NCBI GenBank assembly: GCA_052034235.1
Contig: JBPOIT010000011.1
Coordinates: 118,719-182,718 of the forward strand
DNA from: Candidatus Levyibacteriota bacterium
GTDB taxonomy: Bacteria > Patescibacteriota > Microgenomatia > Levybacterales > UBA12049
Length of the DNA stretch: 64,000 bases
Reading direction: 5' to 3'
The notes below the pieces were generated by a model. It did no database searches, was not told where the DNA came from, and saw only the letters and a list, made by a program, of their open reading frames with translations. The translations under genes and the position numbers were made by a program. Numbering within the stretch: the first letter of the stretch is position 1; every line of letters starts with the position of its first letter. Positions 58,035-64,000 of this stretch are shown here, in pieces.

Positions 58035-58192
58035 CTTGCGGCAACTTACTTGCGTCGAGAAGATAAGCAAAACTAGACGCTCAACGCTAGAAGCTAGACG
58101 CTCAAGCTATTCTATCAGCTACATATCTGTATGTAAACAAAAAGAAGATCTTGCCTGAGTGAGTATCTATGTGATAGCATTTAATTTAAATC

Positions 58193-60454
58193 ATGAATTT
58201 CGTAAAATTCTGCACCAAAGTCATTGAATATTCCATCTATGCAATCATTTTTCTTGTTCCTTTAGTTTTTGCACCTGATACTTCTGAACTCTTTGAACTT
58301 AATAAAATGTGGCTCACCTGGGGCTTTGCAATTGTTGTTGGGGTTGCGTGGGGTTCCAAAATAATCGCCCAAAGAAAATTTCATTTTCAAAGAACACCTC
58401 TAGACATTCCTATATTTCTTTTTCTTGTATCACAAATAATCTCGACCATGTTCAGTCTTGACCCTCAAGTTTCATGGTGGGGTTATTATTCCCGTTTTAA
58501 TGGTGGACTACTCTCCACAATCACCTATATATTCCTTTACTACGCATTTGTTTCAAACCTTGAACTTAAACACGTAATGAGATCTCTTTCGATCTCCCTG
58601 CTTGCTGGACTTATTACTGCATTATGGGGTTTTCCTGCTCACTTCGGTTATGATCCAACATGTTTTGTCTTTAGAGGAACCCTCGATACAACTTGTTGGA
58701 CGGAGGCTTTTAAACCTACCATTAGAACATTTTCAACCCTTGGGCAACCAGCGTGGTTTGCAGCATATCTCGCGCTGCTTATTCCGGTCGCTATGGCCGG
58801 AGCACTCGCTTTTGCCTTGAATAAAAGTACATTAAAATTTTGGCTGTTTTTCGCTTTTGCAATGTTTTTATATATAAATCTTAATTTTGCAAATACAAGA
58901 GCAGGATTCTTAGCTTTTTGGGTAGGTAACTTTCTCTTCTGGGGAATAATTTTCGTTAAACAGCTCATTGAAAAGAAGTTACTACTTCGGTCTTTTGCAC
59001 TATTTAACATTTCGTTTGTTTTATGCAATTTCTTGTTTGGAGGTCCGTTAGGTAATTATTACCAATATTCTCTTCCTGGCATACAAAGCACTAAATCAGC
59101 ACAACAAGCAAAGACTCAACCAGTTGAGGCAGCGCCAACAACTTCGACAGAAGCATCGCAAGCTCAGGTTGATCCTATTGGAGCCGGAGGTACAGACTCA
59201 GCAATTATTCGTAAATATGTATGGCAAGGTGCAATTGACGCATGGAAAGCAAATCCAATTTTGGGCACGGGAGTTGAGACATTTGCATTTGCATATTATA
59301 AATATAAACCTGCAGGTCATAATCTCACTACTGAATGGGACTATCTTTACAATAAAGCACATAATGAATACCTCAATTATCTAGCAACAACTGGCATCTT
59401 CGGTTTTGGAACATATGCTTCATTTATTGGACTCTTTCTATTCATAACTTTCATGTGGATTCTCAAAAAAGGCAAAGCTGAAGATAATGTCCAGGAAGAC
59501 GGAATTGGTTTACCATCACATTATCGAACTTTGCTGGTCAGTGGTTTGCTTGGAGGTTTCATAACTATACTTATTACAAACTTTTTCGGTTTTTCTGTTG
59601 TTATAACCAATCTTTACCTATTCATATTCCCGCTATTCATCTTAATGATTACAGGCAGTATCAAAGAAAGCAAAGCATTTACTTATAGCTTTTCAGAATC
59701 GCACTCTCGCAATCTTGGAGGTGCTCAATGGGCAGGCATTATCGTCATAGCAATAATTGGCTGCTGGCTTTCTTACGGATTGCTTGTGTATCGAATTGCC
59801 GATATTGATTACGCACTGGGCAATAATCTTGATAAGGTTGGCGACTATCAAAATGCCTTCCCCAAACTACAAAGTGCAGTTAATACAGTGCCAAGCGAAT
59901 CGGTTTATAAAGATGAATTCGCAATAAACCTCGCAACACTTTCAACTGCAGGTCAACAACAACCAGAAATGGCAGCACAAGCTGCAGAAGCAAGAACCAA
60001 AGCCCTTGCGCTAAGCGATGAAATAACAACCGAGCATCCTAACAACGTCACGTACTGGAAAAACAGGGTGAGAATTTTTTACACACTTGCACAAACTGAT
60101 CCGCAAAATCAAAACACCTATCTCGCCGATGCTGCTGCCGCAATTACCAAAGCAGCTGAATTAGCCCCAAATGACGCCAAAATCCTTTATAACCTCGGCG
60201 TTCTTTACGGACAAACTGGTAATATTGATAAGGGTATTGAGGTTCTCAAGAAAACTACTGAACTGAAACCTGATTATAGAGATGCTTTATACGCACTCGG
60301 ACTCTTTTATCATGAAAAAGCCATCGATCCTCAAGGCAAAGTGGTAAATCCTGAATATCAACAACTCGCAATAGACACATACGAACATATTCTTGAGAAA
60401 GTCTCCATAGGAGATAAACAAGTACAGCAAGCACTTAATACCTGGAAAAACTAA
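58193..60454 (+). CDS. O-antigen ligase (Wzy_C)-like polytopic membrane protein with C-terminal TPR repeats
   Basis: About 12 TM helices and a …YNKAHNEYLNYLATTGIFG… ligase loop. The C-terminus has TPR-like repeats (…AKILYNLGVLYGQTGNIDKGIEVLKKTTELKPDYRDALYALGLFY…). Confidence 0.6.
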   Translation: MNFVKFCTKVIEYSIYAIIFLVPLVFAPDTSELFELNKMWLTWGFAIVVGVAWGSKIIAQRKFHFQRTPLDIPIFLFLVSQIISTMFSLDPQVSWWGYYSRFNGGLLSTITYIFLYYAFVSNLELKHVMRSLSISLLAGLITALWGFPAHFGYDPTCFVFRGTLDTTCWTEAFKPTIRTFSTLGQPAWFAAYLALLIPVAMAGALAFALNKSTLKFWLFFAFAMFLYINLNFANTRAGFLAFWVGNFLFWGIIFVKQLIEKKLLLRSFALFNISFVLCNFLFGGPLGNYYQYSLPGIQSTKSAQQAKTQPVEAAPTTSTEASQAQVDPIGAGGTDSAIIRKYVWQGAIDAWKANPILGTGVETFAFAYYKYKPAGHNLTTEWDYLYNKAHNEYLNYLATTGIFGFGTYASFIGLFLFITFMWILKKGKAEDNVQEDGIGLPSHYRTLLVSGLLGGFITILITNFFGFSVVITNLYLFIFPLFILMITGSIKESKAFTYSFSESHSRNLGGAQWAGIIVIAIIGCWLSYGLLVYRIADIDYALGNNLDKVGDYQNAFPKLQSAVNTVPSESVYKDEFAINLATLSTAGQQQPEMAAQAAEARTKALALSDEITTEHPNNVTYWKNRVRIFYTLAQTDPQNQNTYLADAAAAITKAAELAPNDAKILYNLGVLYGQTGNIDKGIEVLKKTTELKPDYRDALYALGLFYHEKAIDPQGKVVNPEYQQLAIDTYEHILEKVSIGDKQVQQALNTWKN

Positions 60455-60503
60455 TGACGCCAGTTCTATTCCATACCTATAAGCATGTGTTATAATCGTT
60501 TCT

Positions 60504-61058
60504 ATGCTTAAAATCGTACAAGCACCGCAAATAGTTCTATCCCAAAAAGCGAAATCTGTTTCAAAAGTTGACAGTACAATTACTGACCTTTTGAAAGAAA
60601 TGGAAGACACATTGAACAACGCGTCAGATCCTGAAGGCGTTGGCCTTGCCGCGCCCCAAGTTGGCAAATCGCTCAGAATTTTTATTATCAAACAATCACC
60701 GAGATCTCCGCTTCTTACCTTTATTAATCCTGTAATTGAGAACTCTTTTGAGAAAGAAAAAATAAAAAATACGAAGTCAAACAAAAAAGACGGCGTACAG
60801 CTTGAAGGATGTCTTTCTCTCAAAGATATTTGGGGTGTCGTAAGAAGAGAACATGGTGTTGTTATTTCGTATCAAGATGAAACTGGCGTAAAACATAAAA
60901 AAACATTTGAAGGATTTATTGCGACAATTATTCAACATGAAGTAGACCATCTTAATGGTATACTATTTCCTGTCAGGGTTATTGAACAAGGTAATCGTCT
61001 TTATCGCTCAAAAGTAAATACAAAAGGTGAAACTGAGTTTGAAGAAATAGAATTATAG
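60504..61058 (+). CDS. def: Peptide deformylase
   Basis: Motifs GVGLAAPQVG, EGCLS and HEVDHLNG. Confidence 0.85.
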   Translation: MLKIVQAPQIVLSQKAKSVSKVDSTITDLLKEMEDTLNNASDPEGVGLAAPQVGKSLRIFIIKQSPRSPLLTFINPVIENSFEKEKIKNTKSNKKDGVQLEGCLSLKDIWGVVRREHGVVISYQDETGVKHKKTFEGFIATIIQHEVDHLNGILFPVRVIEQGNRLYRSKVNTKGETEFEEIEL

Positions 61059-61069
61059 TATCTGGCACG

Positions 61070-61930
61070 TTGTATATGAAAATTGTTTTTTTTGGCACTC
61101 CCCAATTTGTTACTCCTGTTTTAGAAGTATTGCTGAAAGATTTTACAGTTATAGCTGTCGTTACAGCACCAGATAAAAAAGCAGGACGTAAACAATTACT
61201 AACATCCTCTCCTATTAAAAGTTTTGCAACTGGTGATAAATTACATTTACCCGTTTTAACTCCTGTCACGTTTGATAAAAAAGCTGTGCAGGAGCTTAAA
61301 GCAACGCAGCCTGATCTTTTTGTCGTTGCGGCATATGGATATATTTTGCCGCCAGAAGTTTTAGCAATTCCCCCTTTTGGCTCAATTAATATTCATCCTT
61401 CACTTTTACCTAAATTTAGAGGCCCAACACCCGTTCCTTCTGCATTACTAAGCGGAGATACCACAACAGGTGTCACAATTATCAAAATGGACGATAAAAT
61501 GGATCATGGCCCCATACTTGCTATGCAAACATACAAGGTGCACGAAACAGATACCACAGAAACATTACTCAAACATCTATTTAAACTCAGCGCAGAGATG
61601 CTTCCTGATGTCATTAAGCAGTACACCAGCGGAAAATCAACTCCTCAGATACAGGATGATGAAAACGCAACGTATACCAAACTGATTTCTAAAAATGATG
61701 GAGAGATAACAGTCGACAATCCACCAGATAAACAGTTTCTGGACCGAATGATCAGAGCTTATTATCCCTGGCCAACTGTTTGGTCAAAAGTAACTATCAA
61801 AGGAAATGAAACCCGAATGAAACTCTTACCAGGCGGAAAAGTACAAATGGAAGGTAAAAACCCAATCGCAATAAAAGATTTTATAAATGGTTATCCTGAG
61901 ATGAAAGACTTGTTGAATAAACTATTCTAG
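61070..61930 (+). CDS. fmt: Methionyl-tRNA formyltransferase
   Basis: Has KIVFFGTPQF…, a SLLPKFRGPTP formyltransferase motif, and a C-terminal domain. The start is probably 61076. Confidence 0.85.
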   Translation: MYMKIVFFGTPQFVTPVLEVLLKDFTVIAVVTAPDKKAGRKQLLTSSPIKSFATGDKLHLPVLTPVTFDKKAVQELKATQPDLFVVAAYGYILPPEVLAIPPFGSINIHPSLLPKFRGPTPVPSALLSGDTTTGVTIIKMDDKMDHGPILAMQTYKVHETDTTETLLKHLFKLSAEMLPDVIKQYTSGKSTPQIQDDENATYTKLISKNDGEITVDNPPDKQFLDRMIRAYYPWPTVWSKVTIKGNETRMKLLPGGKVQMEGKNPIAIKDFINGYPEMKDLLNKLF

Positions 61931-61957
61931 CTGTTAGAGGTATTATTTATCCCCAAA

Positions 61958-62200
61958 TTATGCGGAGGCTTGTTGTTGTGATTCTTCAATTATTTGTGTT
62001 AATTCAGGCTCTGGAGCTGTTAATTTCTTAAGAGTACGCTGACATTTGGTACAAAGTTTTAGTCTCATACTTTGCCCATTAATAATAACCCTCGTCTGGT
62101 GAAGGTTTGGTTTAAAGATTTTTCGAGTGCGTCTTTTTGAGTGTGAAACGTTATGTCCGTACATAACACCCTTGCCGCAACTACTGCATTTCATCGCCAT
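61958..62200 (-). CDS. rpmB: 50S ribosomal protein L28
   Basis: …KCSSCGKGVMYGHNVSHSKRRTRKIFKPNLHQTRV…CTKC… has the L28 zinc-ribbon pattern. The start is taken at MAMKCSS. Confidence 0.65.
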   Translation of the reverse strand: MAMKCSSCGKGVMYGHNVSHSKRRTRKIFKPNLHQTRVIINGQSMRLKLCTKCQRTLKKLTAPEPELTQIIEESQQQASA

Positions 62201-62297
62201 AGAACGATATGATATCATATCAACAGATATATCTCAATAGCATTGACAAAATCAATGGGAAATTATATACATTTATAATAAAATTCAAAACCCTAAA

Positions 62298-62924
62298 ATG
62301 GAAATTATTCTCAGCATTGCCATACTCATATACTCATCAGTTCTGCACGAAATAGCCCACGGTTATTCTGCCTACAGACTTGGAGACCCAACAGCTAAAT
62401 TGAAAGGACGAATCACTCTTAATCCAGTGAGTCATATTGATCCTTTTTTTAGTCTTCTTATGCCGCTTCTCACATATATCGCAACAGCAGGAAGTCTTAT
62501 CTTTGGAGGTGCAAAACCAGTACCTGTTGATCCTTTTAACTTGAAAGACGGACGAAAAGATCTTGCGGTTGTGTCTCTAGCTGGTCCCGCAACAAACTTG
62601 GCACTTGCTTGTATTGCAGCTGCGCTTATCCATACTATTTACCCTGGATATTCATTTGGAGAGGTTGGCGGAAGCGGTTTATTAGGTTTTATTCTGGCAA
62701 CCACAGTGAAATGGAACCTGCTTCTGGCAATACTTAACCTACTCCCCATTCCTCCACTTGATGGTTCAAAAATATTCTCACTACTTTTAACACCTAAAGC
62801 AGCTGCAGCTTTCCAGTCGCTTGAATACATGGGCTTTATTCTGGTGATCATGTTTTTCTTCTTAGGAGGTTCCACTTTGTTGGGCGTTCTTATAAATTTC
62901 TCACTGTCACTTCTCGGTTTTTAG
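62298..62924 (+). CDS. Peptidase M50 (site-2-protease-like) family membrane metalloprotease
   Basis: HEIAHG HExxH motif in the first TM helix, NPVSHIDP, and a C-terminal LDGSK. Confidence 0.7.
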   Translation: MEIILSIAILIYSSVLHEIAHGYSAYRLGDPTAKLKGRITLNPVSHIDPFFSLLMPLLTYIATAGSLIFGGAKPVPVDPFNLKDGRKDLAVVSLAGPATNLALACIAAALIHTIYPGYSFGEVGGSGLLGFILATTVKWNLLLAILNLLPIPPLDGSKIFSLLLTPKAAAAFQSLEYMGFILVIMFFFLGGSTLLGVLINFSLSLLGF

Positions 62925-62991
62925 CCTCAATAAAATGATCTATTGACAAATCTGTTCATTTGTTACAACAATAGATAATACAATAATTATT

Positions 62992-64000
62992 ATGGCCGCA
63001 AAAATAAAAAAGACAGTAGCTACCCGTAAGACAACTCCAAAGAAAAAACGTAAATTCCTTGGCGAAGCAAATGGTGGTGCTCTCTATGTTGTAGCTATAT
63101 TAGGCATCGTGGCTTTATTTGGAGGAGTTATGGCTGGAGGAGCTGTTCCTCAAATTACTAAATTAGCTACTCCCCCAGCACCTGGTAACTTGTACACATG
63201 CTGTGATACTGGAGACGGCACTGCGTGCAAACCTATTCTTGAAAAACAATTTCAATATCAAGGACAGACGTATGCACTTCTAAAATCAAATATCTACCAA
63301 GGAGAATCTGGCCATATAGTCCCTACAAATGATAACACTCCCGATGGATTTAGAATTTTTCTTAACAATTCAGATAAGACTGCTGACTACAGCGGCAAAT
63401 ATCCAGGTTGTGAGAAAGGCAAAGATCTAATCGGCGTTGATAAATCAAAGAATAACGGCCGTCCATGTTTTGGCCTAAATAATGACCAAATAATCTATGT
63501 ATGCCGAGACACACAGGCACAATGCGGTAAACAAGTTAACTGGGATACTGTTCCATTTGATGTATATTACAGAATTGGTGATGGAACAGTCCCTCCAGAA
63601 ATTGCAAGCTACTGCCCGAAACCAGATGTTGTCGTAAGCCAGGGACCTCAACAAGTTGTTGTGCAGGTATCACCAGACGGCAAACAGAGACTCCAGCTTG
63701 AAACATTTAAAGTTGAACAAAAACAAACGAAATCAGAATGGCTTGGTGCATGGTGCAAACCAGCAATCTATCTCTACCCAGAGAAAAAGACGCAAGTTAA
63801 TGTAAAAGTCGCTCCTAAAGGTCCATTTACGCTTACCATTCCACAATATCCAACCAGTGGTTGGGATGTCACAGCGTACCCAGACGGACGTGTCATTGAC
63901 AACAGTGTCAATGTAGAATACCCATATCTCTATTGGGAAGCATCAATCGAAGACAAATATATTAATGAACCAAAAGAAGGTTATGTTGTGACCCGAGGTG
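62992..64000 (+). CDS. Hypothetical membrane-anchored Cys-containing protein (3' partial; absent from the ORF track because no stop codon lies in the window)
   Basis: ATG at 62992 gives MAAKIKKTVATRKTTPKKKRKFLGEANGGALYVVAILGIVALFGGVMAG…. The frame is open to the window end, and TTGACA lies at 62945. Confidence 0.4.
   Translation, partial: MAAKIKKTVATRKTTPKKKRKFLGEANGGALYVVAILGIVALFGGVMAGGAVPQITKLATPPAPGNLYTCCDTGDGTACKPILEKQFQYQGQTYALLKSNIYQGESGHIVPTNDNTPDGFRIFLNNSDKTADYSGKYPGCEKGKDLIGVDKSKNNGRPCFGLNNDQIIYVCRDTQAQCGKQVNWDTVPFDVYYRIGDGTVPPEIASYCPKPDVVVSQGPQQVVVQVSPDGKQRLQLETFKVEQKQTKSEWLGAWCKPAIYLYPEKKTQVNVKVAPKGPFTLTIPQYPTSGWDVTAYPDGRVIDNSVNVEYPYLYWEASIEDKYINEPKEGYVVTRG

Overview
The window reads as a low-GC, small-protein bacterial genome, plausibly a Candidate Phyla Radiation/Patescibacteria-type organism. 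That placement is inference from a 16S rRNA interrupted by a LAGLIDADG-encoding intron, a short EF-Ts, many tiny hypothetical membrane proteins, and generally compact housekeeping genes. The backbone is housekeeping. On the minus strand: proS, an oxidative pentose-phosphate set (pgl, zwf, gnd-like), rseP, frr, tsf, rpsB, a dTMP-synthesis cluster (glyA, folA, thyA, tmk and two dcd/dut-family genes), topA, mrdA, mreD, mreC and mreB. On the plus strand: def, fmt, an O-antigen-ligase/TPR protein and an M50 protease. Three regions stand out. (1) At 19.3-29.6 kb there is a tandem array of six secreted or membrane-anchored paralogs. They are built from cohesin-like N-terminal modules, dockerin-type Ca-binding C-terminal modules, VWA, CHRD, SdrD-B-like and TSP3-like Ca-repeat domains, with a DUF4038-like glycoside hydrolase embedded. 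Cohesin and dockerin sit in the same polypeptides, which suggests a self-assembling surface complex. (2) A clear SAM-I (S-box) riboswitch with an intrinsic terminator lies directly upstream of an uncharacterised 388-aa gene (43585..44747). (3) A 16S rRNA gene (minus strand) carries a ~0.8-kb intron encoding a LAGLIDADG homing endonuclease. Also present are a pncB-NrtR-like-NCS1-pncA NAD-salvage cassette inserted between mreB and mreCD-mrdA, a VKOR-domain::class-2 dihydroorotate dehydrogenase fusion, and two tRNAs (Ile-GAU, Cys-GCA). Several small paralogous membrane-protein genes share promoter and N-terminal sequences. All calls are from reading the sequence and the supplied ORF translations. 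No database searches or structure predictions were run.
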